This document shows, one piece after another, positions 41,312 to 52,322 of a stretch of DNA of 64,000 bases (positions are counted from its first letter, which is position 1; the number at the start of each line of letters is the position of its first letter). This DNA is from an uncultured Gammaproteobacteria bacterium (GTDB lineage: Bacteria; Pseudomonadota; Gammaproteobacteria; UBA9214). A program made the translations under genes and the position numbers. Where the stretch lies: the NCBI GenBank assembly GCA_963827755.1, contig CAWHCQ010000013.1, positions 32,001 to 96,000 on the forward strand, given 5' to 3'. The notes below the pieces were generated by a model that did not search any database, was not told the origin of the DNA, and saw only the letters and a program-made list of their open reading frames with translations.

Positions 41312-41455
41312 GGGGTCAATATAGTGCGGTTGCCTGACAGGGTCAACGCCGGCAATCGTGCCGGGTGTCGGCAGAGGGTCGCAGCGTTGATATGTGATAA
41401 TAGTGCAAGACACTGGTATAAATGAATTTACGCGGTTGCAGAGAGGAGATGTGCC

Positions 41456-42019
41456 GTGCTGGAAACGTCAACGTGCAGCTATGATGAGCTCGAGGCAAGA
41501 CTGGAATCCGCCGCTGCCGGGAGTGGCGCGGCCGAGGCGCATGGCCTGTTGAGTGGAATCATTTGCGCGGGTGGCAAGACTACGCCCGATACCTGGTTGG
41601 GCCACCTGCTTGGCGAGGGCAATACCGGCAGTGCGGCGGCGTGGGGTGTCATTGAGTTGCTTGAGGGACTGCAGGCTGAAATACTGGCGCAGCTGAATGA
41701 CGAGTCATTCAGCTTTGCGCTGTTGCTGCCTGATGATGATGCCTCGTTACTGCAGCGGACACAGGCCTTGAGCCACTGGTGTGCAGGTTTTCTTTACGGG
41801 CTTGCCCTGGGTGGCATTCGCGACGATGCAAGCTATTCCGGCGATACGCGGGAGGTCATAAAGGATTTTTATGAAATCTCCAATGCCGGGTTTATTGCCG
41901 ATCCGGGTGATGAAGAAAACGAGGAGGCCTACATGGAGATCGTGGAGTATGTGCGCATGAGTGTGTTGTTGCTGTATGAAGACATGCAATCAGTTCCGGC
42001 CCCGGCACGCTTGCAGTAG
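41456..42019 (+). CDS. ygfB: UPF0149 protein YgfB
   Basis: AEAHGLLSG, LLLPDDD, WCAGFLYG, EIVEYVR. Confidence 0.9.
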   Translation: MLETSTCSYDELEARLESAAAGSGAAEAHGLLSGIICAGGKTTPDTWLGHLLGEGNTGSAAAWGVIELLEGLQAEILAQLNDESFSFALLLPDDDASLLQRTQALSHWCAGFLYGLALGGIRDDASYSGDTREVIKDFYEISNAGFIADPGDEENEEAYMEIVEYVRMSVLLLYEDMQSVPAPARLQ

Positions 42020-42031
42020 CCGGAGACGTCG

Positions 42032-43354
42032 ATGATTACTCAAAAGGAGTTCACCCGGCGGCGCAAGCAGTTGATGCGCATGATGGGAAAAGGCGCGATT
42101 GCCATCATTCCGACGGCTGCGGAGTCCCTGCGTAACCGCGACGTCGAGTTTCCTTTTCGGGCGGACAGCGATTTTTACTATTTGACCGGTTTCCGCGAGC
42201 CGGATGCGGTTGCCGTGCTCGCACCGGGCCGGCAGCACGGTGAGTACCTGCTGTTCTGTCGCGAGCGCGACCCGGCCATGGAAACCTGGACCGGTCGCCG
42301 GGCAGGAACACAGGGCGCGGTTGAAACCTTTTCAGCCGATGATGCATTTCCAGTCAGTGATATCGGCGACATTCTTCCCGGTCTGCTGGAAGGCTGTGAG
42401 CGGGTCTATTACACCATGGGTGCCCGCCCCGATTTTGACAGGCACGTGCTTGACTGGGTCAGCAAGCTGCGCGAAGGCACGCGCGCCGGCTCGCAGACGC
42501 CGGACAGGATCGTTTTCCTCGAGCATCTGTTGCACGACATGCGGCTATACAAGAGCCGCTCGGAAATCAGGGTGATGCGCACGGCAGCCAGAGTCGCCTG
42601 TCGCGGCCACCGGCGCGCCATGCAGGTTTGCAGGCCGGAAATGAGCGAGTACGAGATCGAGGCAGAACTGCTGCACGAATTCCGCAGCAATGACATGGTG
42701 CCGGCCTACCCGAGTATTGTCGGCAGCGGCGAGAACGGTTGCATTCTGCACTACACACAAAACAGCGGCCGACTGCACGATGGTGACCTGCTGTTGATCG
42801 ATGCCGGTGCGGAATATGACTGTTACGCCTCCGACGTGACGCGCACCTTCCCGGTGAACGGCCGCTTCAGTTCCGACCAGAAGGCGCTTTACGAAGTGGT
42901 GCTGGAGGCGCAAACGGCAGCCATCAACCAGGTCAGGCCGGGGAGCCACTGGAATGAGCCGCATGCCGCGGCCGTAAAAGTGCTGACGCGCGGGCTGATC
43001 AGGCTGGGGATACTCAAGGGTAAACCGGCCGAGCTCATCAGGAAGGAGGCCTACCGGCGTTTTTATATGCATCGAACCGGTCACTGGCTGGGCATGGATG
43101 TTCACGATGTCGGTGACTACAAGGTCGGCGGTGAATGGCGCGAGCTGGAGCCGGGTATGGTGTTGACCGTCGAGCCGGGTGTTTACATCGCGCCGGGCAG
43201 CCATGGTGTGGCGAAAAAGTGGTGGGGCATCGGCATTCGAATCGAGGACGATGTGCTGGTCACCCGGGGTGAACCGGATGTCCTGACAGATGCCGCACCG
43301 CGGACGATTGCCGACATCGAGTCTGTCATGGCTGCAGGCAGCGCGGCCGGCTGA
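42032..43354 (+). CDS. pepP: Xaa-Pro aminopeptidase
   Basis: SDFYYLTGF, DAGAE..YASDVTRTFP, HWLGMDVHD, GIRIEDD. Confidence 0.96.
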   Translation: MITQKEFTRRRKQLMRMMGKGAIAIIPTAAESLRNRDVEFPFRADSDFYYLTGFREPDAVAVLAPGRQHGEYLLFCRERDPAMETWTGRRAGTQGAVETFSADDAFPVSDIGDILPGLLEGCERVYYTMGARPDFDRHVLDWVSKLREGTRAGSQTPDRIVFLEHLLHDMRLYKSRSEIRVMRTAARVACRGHRRAMQVCRPEMSEYEIEAELLHEFRSNDMVPAYPSIVGSGENGCILHYTQNSGRLHDGDLLLIDAGAEYDCYASDVTRTFPVNGRFSSDQKALYEVVLEAQTAAINQVRPGSHWNEPHAAAVKVLTRGLIRLGILKGKPAELIRKEAYRRFYMHRTGHWLGMDVHDVGDYKVGGEWRELEPGMVLTVEPGVYIAPGSHGVAKKWWGIGIRIEDDVLVTRGEPDVLTDAAPRTIADIESVMAAGSAAG

Positions 43355-44601
43355 TGGCCGTCAGCGAACAGGGTGGCGCGTCGGTGGCCCGCTTTGACGT
43401 CATTATCATCGGCGGGGGCATGGTCGGTGCCAGCCTTGCCTGTGCACTGAGCGGGTCGGGTCTGCGCATTGCGGTCGTCGAGGCTGTCCCCCCCGGGGTG
43501 CGCGATGAACCCGGTTATGATGAGCGCGCCATTGCACTGGCATACGGCACGAAACGTATCTTCAGTGGCTTGCAGCTCTGGAATGAACTGGCCGTTGCGG
43601 CGACCCCGATCCACCGCATACACGTGTCTGACCGGGGGCATTTTGGCATGACCCGAATGGACCGTTCCGAAGAAGGGCTGCCGGCCCTGGGGTATGTGGT
43701 CCCGGCCCGCGTGATCGGGCAGGTGCTTAACGATGCCGTTTCCCGCCGCGAAGGCATTGAATATTACTGTCCGGCGAAGACCTCGGCGATCAGGCGGACA
43801 GCTGACGAGGTGCAGGTGGATATACTCCGCAATGATGTGCCCGAGACACTCGGCGCACGCCTGCTGGTGGCGGCCGACGGGGTGAACTCGGCCATCCGCG
43901 AACGGTTTGGCATCGACTGCATGGAAAGTGACTACCGGCAGACGGCGATTGTCACCAATATCACGCCCCAGCTGGCGCACCGTAATATTGCCTATGAGCG
44001 TTTTACCGATAGCGGGCCGCTGGCCTTGCTGCCCATGACGGAACAACGTTGTGCCGTCGTCTGGACGGTGGCGAGCGAACAGGCGGATGCAATCATGGCG
44101 CTTGACGATGCCGCCTTCCTTGCCCGCTTGCAGGAACGTTTTGGCTACCGGCTCGGTGTTCTGCAGCGGCCCGGCCGGCGCCAGGCCTGGCCATTGAAAC
44201 TGCTGCAGGCGACGGAATCAGTGGACGAACGACTGGCGCTGGTCGGCAATGCCGCGCATACCCTGCACCCGATTGCGGGGCAGGGCTTTAACCTGGGTGC
44301 GCGTGATGTCGCCGCCCTGGCCGAGGTGCTGGTGGACGCGGTGCGTAAGGGCGAGGACCCCGGTGCGCGGCAGGTGCTGGATCGCTACGCGGACTGGCGC
44401 CATGCCGACCACCGCAGTGTCAGCGTATTTACCGACGGGCTTGCGCGCCTGTTTACCCTGCCGATGCCGGCACTGGGCATGGCACGCAGCGCCGGCCTGC
44501 TTGCGCTTGACCTGCTGCCGCCGGCAAAGCGCCTGTTGACCCGCATGACCATGGGACGTGGCGGCAAGACACCGCGACTGGCGCGTGGCTTGCCCCTGTA
44601 G
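43354..44601 (+). CDS. ubiH: 2-octaprenyl-6-methoxyphenol hydroxylase
   Basis: GGGMVG, IHVSDRGHFG, AYERFT..GPLALLP, GNAAHTLHPIAGQGFNL. Confidence 0.92.
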   Translation: MAVSEQGGASVARFDVIIIGGGMVGASLACALSGSGLRIAVVEAVPPGVRDEPGYDERAIALAYGTKRIFSGLQLWNELAVAATPIHRIHVSDRGHFGMTRMDRSEEGLPALGYVVPARVIGQVLNDAVSRREGIEYYCPAKTSAIRRTADEVQVDILRNDVPETLGARLLVAADGVNSAIRERFGIDCMESDYRQTAIVTNITPQLAHRNIAYERFTDSGPLALLPMTEQRCAVVWTVASEQADAIMALDDAAFLARLQERFGYRLGVLQRPGRRQAWPLKLLQATESVDERLALVGNAAHTLHPIAGQGFNLGARDVAALAEVLVDAVRKGEDPGARQVLDRYADWRHADHRSVSVFTDGLARLFTLPMPALGMARSAGLLALDLLPPAKRLLTRMTMGRGGKTPRLARGLPL

Positions 44602-44890
44602 GAACGCTTCTCAAGCGCGATGGGGTTTGCACGCCGTATCATCGCGGATGGATCCGCTCCTACAGGTGTTGATAGAATTGTAGGAGCGCTTCTCAAGCGC
44701 GATGGGCTCGCACCGCCATACAGGTGTGATGTGAATTGTAGGAGCGCTTCTCAAGCGCGATGGGGGTTTGCACGCCGTTCATCGCGGATTAGATCCGCTC
44801 CTACAGGTGTTGATGTGAATTGTAGGAGCGCTTCTCAAGCGCGATCGGGGCTCGCACGCCGTGTGATCGTGGATGCGATCCGCTTACGGG
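44598..44890. repeat. BIME-like REP array
   Basis: Four GTAGGA(G/A)CGCTTCTCAAGCGCGAT units alternating with inverted ATCGCGGAT..ATCCGCTCCTAC units and repeated linkers. Confidence 0.88.
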
Positions 44891-44925
44891 AGATATTATT
44901 ATGTGGCAGGGTGTAAACAGTATTC

Positions 44926-46164
44926 ATGAGCCAGTTTGAGATCATCATTATCGGTGGCGGGATTGTCGGTGCAGCGACGGCCTGCGCGCTTGCGCTTGAA
45001 GGCGCCAATGTCGCGCTGGTCGAGGCGCAGGCGCCGCCCGCACCGCCCGCACCCGGGCCGCAGGCACGTGACCCGCGGATGTACGCCATTACCCGTGCCT
45101 CGGAGCGTATCTTCCGGTCGCTCGGTGTATGGGATGCGATTCTTGCGGACGATGCCTGTGCCTTTACTGACATGGAAGTCTGGGATGCCGGGGGGTCGGC
45201 CAGGCTTCACTTTGATTGCGCTGAACTGGGCGAGCCGTGCCTGGGCTACATTATCGAGCCGCGCAGTATTCATGCCGCACTGCTGTCCAGGCTGGATGCA
45301 CTTCAATCCATCACCCTGTTCTGCCCGAACCGCTTCGAGGCAGTCAGCATCACCGACAGCGCGGCGGAAGTGCAGCTCGATGGTGGCCGGCGGCTGACGG
45401 CCGCGCTGGTGATCGCGGCCGACGGGGTGCATTCACCGCTGCGGCAGGCCATGGGGATTGAAACCCGGCGTCATGATTACCGGCAGAGCAGCCTGGTTGC
45501 GCTGGTAAAACCCGCCGACCCGCACCTTGCGACGGCCTGGCAGCGCTTTCTGCCGGGCGGGCCGCTGGCCTTTTTGCCGCTCAGCGATGGCTGGTGCTCG
45601 ATTGTCTGGACCATGCCGTCGGCGGAGATCGACCGCGTACTCGCCCTGGACAAGCCGGCGTTCCATGCAGAACTGACCGCGGCGTTCGCCGCACGACTCG
45701 GCGAGGTTGTCGACTCGCAAGCGCGCCAGGCCTACCCGCTGAACCGGGTGCATGCCGATCACTATGTGGATGCGCGGCTCGCCCTCGTCGGCGATGCCGC
45801 CCACGCCATCCATCCACTGGCCGGACAGGGCGTCAACCTCGGGCTGCTGGATGCGGCAGCCCTCGCAGAGGTGGTCGGCACGGCCACCAGGGCCGGCAAG
45901 GATCCGGGTGGCATGGCGGTGTTGCGCCGCTACGAACGCTGGCGTCGCAGTGATGTTATGTTGATGATGGCGGCGATGGATGGGCTGAACCGCGTGTTCA
46001 GCAATGCAGATCCCACGCTCGGCTGGATACGCAATCTCGGCCTGTCGCTGGTCGGCCATATTGCTCCGGGCCGCCACCTGTTGATGCGGCATGCGATGGG
46101 CCTCGGTGGTGATTTGCCGGCGCGGGCGCGCCAGGACCCGGCCGGGGATTCTGTCCCCGCCTGA
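44926..46164 (+). CDS. ubiI: UbiI/VisC/UbiF-family FAD monooxygenase
   Basis: GGGIVG, AWQRFLPGGPLAFLP, GDAAHAIHPLAGQGVNLG; follows ubiH. Confidence 0.82.
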   Translation: MSQFEIIIIGGGIVGAATACALALEGANVALVEAQAPPAPPAPGPQARDPRMYAITRASERIFRSLGVWDAILADDACAFTDMEVWDAGGSARLHFDCAELGEPCLGYIIEPRSIHAALLSRLDALQSITLFCPNRFEAVSITDSAAEVQLDGGRRLTAALVIAADGVHSPLRQAMGIETRRHDYRQSSLVALVKPADPHLATAWQRFLPGGPLAFLPLSDGWCSIVWTMPSAEIDRVLALDKPAFHAELTAAFAARLGEVVDSQARQAYPLNRVHADHYVDARLALVGDAAHAIHPLAGQGVNLGLLDAAALAEVVGTATRAGKDPGGMAVLRRYERWRRSDVMLMMAAMDGLNRVFSNADPTLGWIRNLGLSLVGHIAPGRHLLMRHAMGLGGDLPARARQDPAGDSVPA

Positions 46165-46369
46165 TTTGTATGGACATTCTGGCTGTATAACAAGTTGTTA
46201 TTGCATTCCTGGCCCGTTCTGCCCGGGTCACCGCCTGTCTATATAGGTGACTGTCAGCCGGCCCGCCGGGGACAGGTCTGGCCATCACCGGGTGGGCTGG
46301 CCGCCGCATAACCCACCTGAAATATGGAACTCGTCCGCTGGCAGGGGTATATTTGCACCTCAACCTATC

Positions 46370-46553
46370 CTGCTACGGGAGAGGGTCCGGGCCGGATGGT
46401 CAGGACCGCCGAAGGCGCAACACGCTCGGAAACGCTCAGGCAAAAGGACTGTAGCAGTAGTTGACTCTGGAGAGAGGCCGCAACGCGGTCCACCGAAGGG
46501 GACAGGCCGCCGCATACGCAGGCTGACTCTCTCAGGTTACAGGACAGAGGGGC
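46370..46553 (+). promoter_or_regulatory. tandem glycine riboswitch
   Basis: Two aptamers: GGAGAG...CCGAAGG...CTCAGG-CAAAAGGAC and CTCTGGAGAG...CACCGAAGG...CTCTCAGG...GACAGAG; upstream of gcvT. Confidence 0.92.
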
Positions 46554-46587
46554 GACGGCATGCGCAGGCAACCGTCGCCCTTTTTTA
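46550..46587 (+). terminator. riboswitch expression-platform terminator
   Basis: GGGCGACGG...CCGTCGCCC-TTTTTT overlapping aptamer 2. Confidence 0.75.
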
Positions 46588-46709
46588 TTGCCTGCGGGTA
46601 CAGTTTGAATACGCGATTGGCGCTGCTGCAGAATGCCTCCGTATTTGCAGGGTGCGTAAAACGCACCCTGCGATAACGTTTGAGAAAAACGACAGAGACG
46701 TTGACGATT

Positions 46710-47801
46710 ATGACCAACAGAACACCACTTTTTGATGAGCATGTCGCCGCCGGCGGCAAGATGGTCGATTTTGCCGGCTGGGAAATGCCGATCAACTACG
46801 GCTCGCAGATCGAGGAGCATAACCAGGTACGCACCGATGCCGGCATGTTCGATGTGTCGCACATGGTGGTTGTCGACCTGAAAGGCAAGCGCACCCGTGA
46901 ATTCCTGCGCCACCTGCTGGCCAATAACGTCGATCGCCTGAAAGACAGCGGCAAGGCGCTCTACAGCTGCATGCTGAATGAGGCCGGCGGTGTCATCGAT
47001 GACCTGATCGTCTACTACATCGAGGATGATTTTTTTCGCATGGTGGTCAATGCGGGGACCCGTGACAAGGACCTTGCCTGGCTGGAAAAACAGGCTGCAG
47101 CCTTTTCCGTGAGCGTGCGCGAGCGAGCGGAACTTGCCATGATCGCGGTGCAGGGCCCCAATGCGCGAGACAAGACACTGCCCCTGCTGGCTGATTCCGT
47201 GCGCGTGGCCGCGAGTGAACTGAAGCCGTTTTTCGGTGTGTTTGACGGGGAATGGTTTATCGCCCGTACCGGTTACACCGGTGAAGAAGGATTTGAAATC
47301 ATATTGCCTGCCAGTGAGGCCGTCGGTTTCTGGCAGCGCCTGCGTGAGGCCGGCGTCAAGCCTGTCGGCCTGGGTGCACGGGATACCCTGCGGCTCGAAG
47401 CCGGTATGAATCTGTACGGCTCGGACATGGACGAGACAATATCACCGCTGGAAGCGGCGCTTGGCTGGACCGTTGCCTGGGAACCGGCAGAGCGTGATTT
47501 CATCGGCCGTGCCGCACTCGAGAAGCAGCGCGAGGAAGGTACAAAATTCAAACTGGTTGGCCTGTTGCTCGAAGGCAAGGGTGTCTTGCGCAACCACCAG
47601 AAGGTGATTAGCGGGAAAGGCGCCGAGGGTGAGATCACCAGCGGCAGTTTTTCACCGACCCTGCAGCGTGCGATTGCCTTTGCCCGCGTGCCGAAGGAAA
47701 CCGGCGAGACTTGCAGTGTGGAAATCCGCGGCAAGCTGATGACGGCGCGGGTCGTCAAGCCGCCGTTCGTGCGCAACGGCAAGGCACAGGTCGAGCTTTG
47801 A
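46710..47801 (+). CDS. gcvT: glycine cleavage aminomethyltransferase
   Basis: [38 protein letters not shown]. Confidence 0.97.
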   Translation: MTNRTPLFDEHVAAGGKMVDFAGWEMPINYGSQIEEHNQVRTDAGMFDVSHMVVVDLKGKRTREFLRHLLANNVDRLKDSGKALYSCMLNEAGGVIDDLIVYYIEDDFFRMVVNAGTRDKDLAWLEKQAAAFSVSVRERAELAMIAVQGPNARDKTLPLLADSVRVAASELKPFFGVFDGEWFIARTGYTGEEGFEIILPASEAVGFWQRLREAGVKPVGLGARDTLRLEAGMNLYGSDMDETISPLEAALGWTVAWEPAERDFIGRAALEKQREEGTKFKLVGLLLEGKGVLRNHQKVISGKGAEGEITSGSFSPTLQRAIAFARVPKETGETCSVEIRGKLMTARVVKPPFVRNGKAQVEL

Positions 47802-47851
47802 GATAGCCGGGCACCTTTTAATTCTGTAACAATCGAACAAGTGAGGAAATC

Positions 47852-48247
47852 ATGAGCAATGTTCCTGTTGATCTGAAATATGCAAAAACCCACGAGTGGG
47901 CACGAATCAATGACGATGGCTCCGTTACCGTGGGCATATCCGACAGCGCCCAGGACCAGCTGGGAGACATGGTGTTTATCGAGGTGCCGGAGGTCGGCCA
48001 GACGCTTGTGGCTGAAGAGGCCTGTGCGGTCGTCGAATCCGTCAAGGCGGCTTCCGATGTCTATGCGCCGGTGGGCGGTAAAGTCGTGGAAGTCAACGAA
48101 AGCCTTGCTGACACACCTGAAACGGTCAACCAGGATGCCTACGGGGAAGGCTGGATCTTTCGCCTCGAGGCAGCTGACGAGACCGGGATGGCGGCCCTGA
48201 TGGATGCCGATCAATACCAGGCGTTTCTTGAATCCGAAGGACATTGA
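47852..48247 (+). CDS. gcvH: glycine cleavage H protein
   Basis: [13 protein letters not shown] lipoyl lysine. Confidence 0.97.
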   Translation: MSNVPVDLKYAKTHEWARINDDGSVTVGISDSAQDQLGDMVFIEVPEVGQTLVAEEACAVVESVKAASDVYAPVGGKVVEVNESLADTPETVNQDAYGEGWIFRLEAADETGMAALMDADQYQAFLESEGH

Positions 48248-48291
48248 TTCCGGAATTACACACACAAACCTGATCAGATAAACCAGAGACC

Positions 48292-49692
48292 ATGCCGTTT
48301 ATACCCCATACAGAAAGTGATGTTCGTGACATGCTGGACGCGATCGGCGTGCAGGGTGTTGAAGACCTGTTCGATGAAATTCCGGCCAGCCTGCGCATAG
48401 GGAAGTTGACCGGCGTGCCGGAGGGCCTGAACGAGCAGGGGATTACACGCCTGATGATGGAGCGTGCCGAGGCCGATGGCCGGCCGTTGTGTTTTATGGG
48501 TGCGGGTGCCTATGAGCATCACATACCGGCTGCCGTCTGGGAGTTGACGACGCGTGGCGAATACTACACGGCCTACACGCCTTACCAGGCAGAGGCCAGC
48601 CAGGGCACGCTGCAGCTGCTCTATGAATTCCAGACCATGATGGCGGGCCTGACCGGGCTGGATGTCTCCAATGCCTCGCTCTATGACGGGGCCTCCGGCC
48701 TGGCCGAGGCCGTGCTGATGGCCGTGCGTGGCAACCGCACGTCAAAGTCACACCGTATCCTGATGCCGACCACGGTGCACCCCGAGTACCGCAAGACCAC
48801 GCGTACCATCGTCAAGAACCAGGGCATCGAACTGGTCGAGGTGCCGTACAGCCCCGAGGGTGGCCACATCGTTCCGGAATCCCTGTCGCAGTTCGAGGGT
48901 GAGGATATTGCCGCGCTGGTCATTCAGCAGCCGAATTTCTTCGGCGTCCTCGAGGAAGTCGACGCCCTGACCGAATGGGCGCACAAACAGGGTGCGCTGG
49001 TGATCGCCGTCACCAACCCGATGTCGCTGGCCCTGTTGACGCCGCCGGGCGAGTGGGGCGACAGCGGTGCCGATATTGCGTGCGGGGAAGGCCAGCCGCT
49101 GGGCGTGCCGATGATGGCCGGTGGCCCGTATTTCGGTTTCATCTGCTGCAAGCAGGCGCTGGTGCGCCAGTTGCCCGGGCGTATCTGCGGCCGCACCATC
49201 GATCGTGACGACCGGGTTGGTTACACGCTCACGCTGCAGGCACGGGAGCAGCATATCCGCCGTTCCAAGGCGACCTCGAATATCTGTACCAACCAGGGCC
49301 TGCTGGTGACAGCCGCCACCATATACATGTCGCTGCTGGGTGCAGATGGCCTGAAGCGGGTGGCGCAGGCCTGTCATGCCAATACCCGCAAGCTGGTGGC
49401 GGCGCTCACGGCGAATGACTGCGTTGAACCGCTGTTCAACCGGCCGTACTTCCACGAGGCAGCGCTGCGCTTTTCACTGCCGCTGGAAAACATCATGCGG
49501 CCGCTGCACGCGCATAACCTGCTGCCGGGATACGTGCTCTCGAACGACTATCCGGAACTGGGTGATGTGCTGCTGGTATGTGCCACCGAAACCCGGGAGG
49601 ATGCCGATATCGAAACCTATGCGAGTCACCTGAACAGGATCATCGCATCGCAAACCGCGGCGGGTTGCCCGGTAAAACCGAAAATGGCGTAA
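48292..49692 (+). CDS. gcvPA: glycine dehydrogenase subunit 1
   Basis: [37 protein letters not shown]. Confidence 0.95.
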   Translation: MPFIPHTESDVRDMLDAIGVQGVEDLFDEIPASLRIGKLTGVPEGLNEQGITRLMMERAEADGRPLCFMGAGAYEHHIPAAVWELTTRGEYYTAYTPYQAEASQGTLQLLYEFQTMMAGLTGLDVSNASLYDGASGLAEAVLMAVRGNRTSKSHRILMPTTVHPEYRKTTRTIVKNQGIELVEVPYSPEGGHIVPESLSQFEGEDIAALVIQQPNFFGVLEEVDALTEWAHKQGALVIAVTNPMSLALLTPPGEWGDSGADIACGEGQPLGVPMMAGGPYFGFICCKQALVRQLPGRICGRTIDRDDRVGYTLTLQAREQHIRRSKATSNICTNQGLLVTAATIYMSLLGADGLKRVAQACHANTRKLVAALTANDCVEPLFNRPYFHEAALRFSLPLENIMRPLHAHNLLPGYVLSNDYPELGDVLLVCATETREDADIETYASHLNRIIASQTAAGCPVKPKMA

Positions 49693-49739
49693 CCGCCATC
49701 TCAACAGACCGTTAAAGAACGCAACAGGGGGAAGACAAC

Positions 49740-50237
49740 ATGGCAACAGTAACCTTGCACGGAAATGCATGCAGTACCAACGGCGAGTTACCTGCCGTCG
49801 GCAGTAAGGCGCCGGATTTTCACCTTGTCGATGGCAAGCTGAATGACGTACATCTTGCCGATTACAGCGGCAAGAAGAAAATACTCAATATCGTACCAAG
49901 CCTCGACACGCCGACCTGTGCGACCTCGACGAAGAAGTTCAACGAGCGCGCCGCCGGCCATGATGATGCCGTGGTGCTGGTGGTTTCCGCGGACCTGCCG
50001 TTTGCACAGGGCCGCTTTTGCGGCGCCGAAGGCCTGAAGAACGTGATCCCGCTGTCGCTGATGCGTACCCGCGGATTTGCAAAAGACTATGGCGTGCTGA
50101 TCACCGATGGCCCGCTGGCTGGTATTACCGCCAGGGCCGTTGTCGTCATCGATGAAAACGACAAGGTGGTGTACACGCAGCTGGTGAAAGAAATCGGCGA
50201 CGAGCCGGACTACGATGCGGCGCTGGCTGCCCTGTAA
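49740..50237 (+). CDS. tpx: thiol peroxidase
   Basis: [36 protein letters not shown]. Confidence 0.95.
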   Translation: MATVTLHGNACSTNGELPAVGSKAPDFHLVDGKLNDVHLADYSGKKKILNIVPSLDTPTCATSTKKFNERAAGHDDAVVLVVSADLPFAQGRFCGAEGLKNVIPLSLMRTRGFAKDYGVLITDGPLAGITARAVVVIDENDKVVYTQLVKEIGDEPDYDAALAAL

Positions 50238-50447
50238 TGCTTGAGAGGAATTGCAGCTCATGCCGTTGCTGATTTTGTCCACGCTCCCCGACCAGGCCCT
50301 CCCGGCCCGGGCGTCCTGCGTCGCTCTACCGCCTGCATCCCTGCAGGCGTCCCCGTGGGAGAGGGAGTATATGGCGCAATAATGACTTGAGCGCCTGATT
50401 TATTTTTGCAGACTGGATATTTACCAGGATTAACCCGGATAAAAGAC

Positions 50448-51902
50448 ATGCTGATATTTGAACAATCCCGCGAGGGACGTACTGCGCCGGCACAGGCGCC
50501 GCTGACGTACGAAGATACGCCTGATATCCCGGCAAAGTTATTGCGCAAGCAGCCGCCGCTGCTGCCGGCCGTCTCGGAAATGCAGGCCGTGCGCCATTTC
50601 ACCCGGCTGTCGCAGAAGAATTTTGCCATCGATACGAATTTTTATCCGCTCGGTTCCTGCACCATGAAATACAACCCGCGCGCCTGCAACAAGCTGGCCA
50701 TGTTGCCGGGGTTTCTTGCGCGTCATCCGCTGGCGCCGGTATCCATGGGGCAGGGCTTTCTTGCCTGCATGTATGAATTGCAGGAGATGCTCAAGGATGT
50801 CACCGGCATGCCGGCCGTGTCACTGACGCCGGCCGCCGGTGCGCAGGGCGAGTTTACCGGGGTCGCGATGATTCGCGCCTACCATGACGCGAGGGGCGAC
50901 ATGGAACGCAATGAAATCCTGGTGCCGGATGCCGCGCATGGCACCAACCCGGCAACCGCGACCATGTGTGGTTACAAGGTGCATGAAATCCCGACGGACA
51001 AACAGGGCGATGTTGACCTCGATGAATTGAAAAAGGCGGTCGGTCCGAAGACGGCCGGTATCATGCTGACGAACCCCTCGACGCTGGGCGTGTTTGAGCG
51101 GCGTATCGAGGAAATTGCCGCCATCATTCACAAGGCCGGCGGACTGCTCTACTACGATGGCGCCAACCTGAATGCCATTCTTGGCAAGGTGCGGCCCGGT
51201 GACATGGGCTTCGATGTCATTCACATGAACCTGCACAAGACCTTCTCGACACCGCACGGCGGTGGCGGACCGGGTGCCGGTCCGGTCGGTGTCAGCAAGC
51301 GCCTCGAGCCTTTTCTGCCCCTGCCGATCGTCGGCTTCGACGGCGATGAATATTACTGGATCACCGAAGACGTCCGGCCGCAGAGTATCGGCCGCCTGTC
51401 GACCTTCATGGGTAATGCCGGTGTATTGATGCGTGCCTATGTCTATGCGCGCATGCTCGGGCGCGAGGGCATGCACCGGGTCGCGGACTTTGCCACCCTG
51501 AATGCCAATTACCTGATGGCACGGCTTGTCGATGCCGGTTTTGATGTCGCCTTTCCCGGGCGTCGTGCGACCCATGAATTTATTGTCACCCTGAAGCGTC
51601 AGCAAAAAGAGCTGGGAATAACGGCGATGGACTTTGCCAAGCGGCTGCTGGATTACAATATCCATGCGCCGACGACCTATTTCCCGATGCTGGTGCCTGA
51701 ATGCCTGCTGATCGAGCCGACCGAGACCGAGACAAAGGAAGAGCTGGATGCCTTTGTGGAGGCCATGATAAAAATCAAGGGTGAAGCGGAAACCACCCCG
51801 GAGTTGCTCAAGGAGGCCCCGCATACGCAGCCGGTTCGCCGGCTCGATGAAGTGCGTGCCGCGAAGCAGCTCGACCTGGTCTGGAATCCGTCGGCGGGAT
51901 GA
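50448..51902 (+). CDS. gcvPB: glycine dehydrogenase subunit 2
   Basis: [31 protein letters not shown] lysine, IEPTETE. Confidence 0.96.
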   Translation: MLIFEQSREGRTAPAQAPLTYEDTPDIPAKLLRKQPPLLPAVSEMQAVRHFTRLSQKNFAIDTNFYPLGSCTMKYNPRACNKLAMLPGFLARHPLAPVSMGQGFLACMYELQEMLKDVTGMPAVSLTPAAGAQGEFTGVAMIRAYHDARGDMERNEILVPDAAHGTNPATATMCGYKVHEIPTDKQGDVDLDELKKAVGPKTAGIMLTNPSTLGVFERRIEEIAAIIHKAGGLLYYDGANLNAILGKVRPGDMGFDVIHMNLHKTFSTPHGGGGPGAGPVGVSKRLEPFLPLPIVGFDGDEYYWITEDVRPQSIGRLSTFMGNAGVLMRAYVYARMLGREGMHRVADFATLNANYLMARLVDAGFDVAFPGRRATHEFIVTLKRQQKELGITAMDFAKRLLDYNIHAPTTYFPMLVPECLLIEPTETETKEELDAFVEAMIKIKGEAETTPELLKEAPHTQPVRRLDEVRAAKQLDLVWNPSAG

Positions 51903-51926
51903 TGTCCCCGCCGACCCCGGGTAAGA

Positions 51927-52298
51927 ATGGCAACTGATCCCGATAACCGGGGTATTCGCCGGCTGATCAGGGCCGGCGGCTTTTCCTGCAAGGGGCTGGC
52001 CGCCGCGTTTCGTCATGAAACGGCCTTCAGGCAGGAAGTTGCCCTGACCGTCTTGTTGATCCCGCTGGCCCTGTTGCTGGGTGACGGCGGCGTGGAACGG
52101 GCGTTATTGATCATGTCGTGGCTGCTGGTGTTGATGTTCGAGCTGGTGAATTCCGGTGTCGAGGCCGTGGTGGATCGTATCGGCACGGAGCAGCATGAAC
52201 TCTCGGGGCGGGCCAAGGATGTTGGTTCCGCCGCGGTACTGGTTGCGCTGGTGAATGCGGCCGTGGTCTGGTTGCTGGTACTGACAAATTTCTTCTAA
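51927..52298 (+). CDS. dgkA: diacylglycerol kinase
   Basis: ETAFRQE, ELVNSGVEAVVDRIG, AKDVGSAAV. Confidence 0.93.
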   Translation: MATDPDNRGIRRLIRAGGFSCKGLAAAFRHETAFRQEVALTVLLIPLALLLGDGGVERALLIMSWLLVLMFELVNSGVEAVVDRIGTEQHELSGRAKDVGSAAVLVALVNAAVVWLLVLTNFF

Positions 52299-52322
52299 GG
52301 AAACCCTAAGGGAAAATCGATT

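Noticed and set aside
44598-44890. CRISPR array
   Set aside because: Linkers are repeated rather than unique, units alternate in orientation, they match dispersed REPs, and there are no cas genes.
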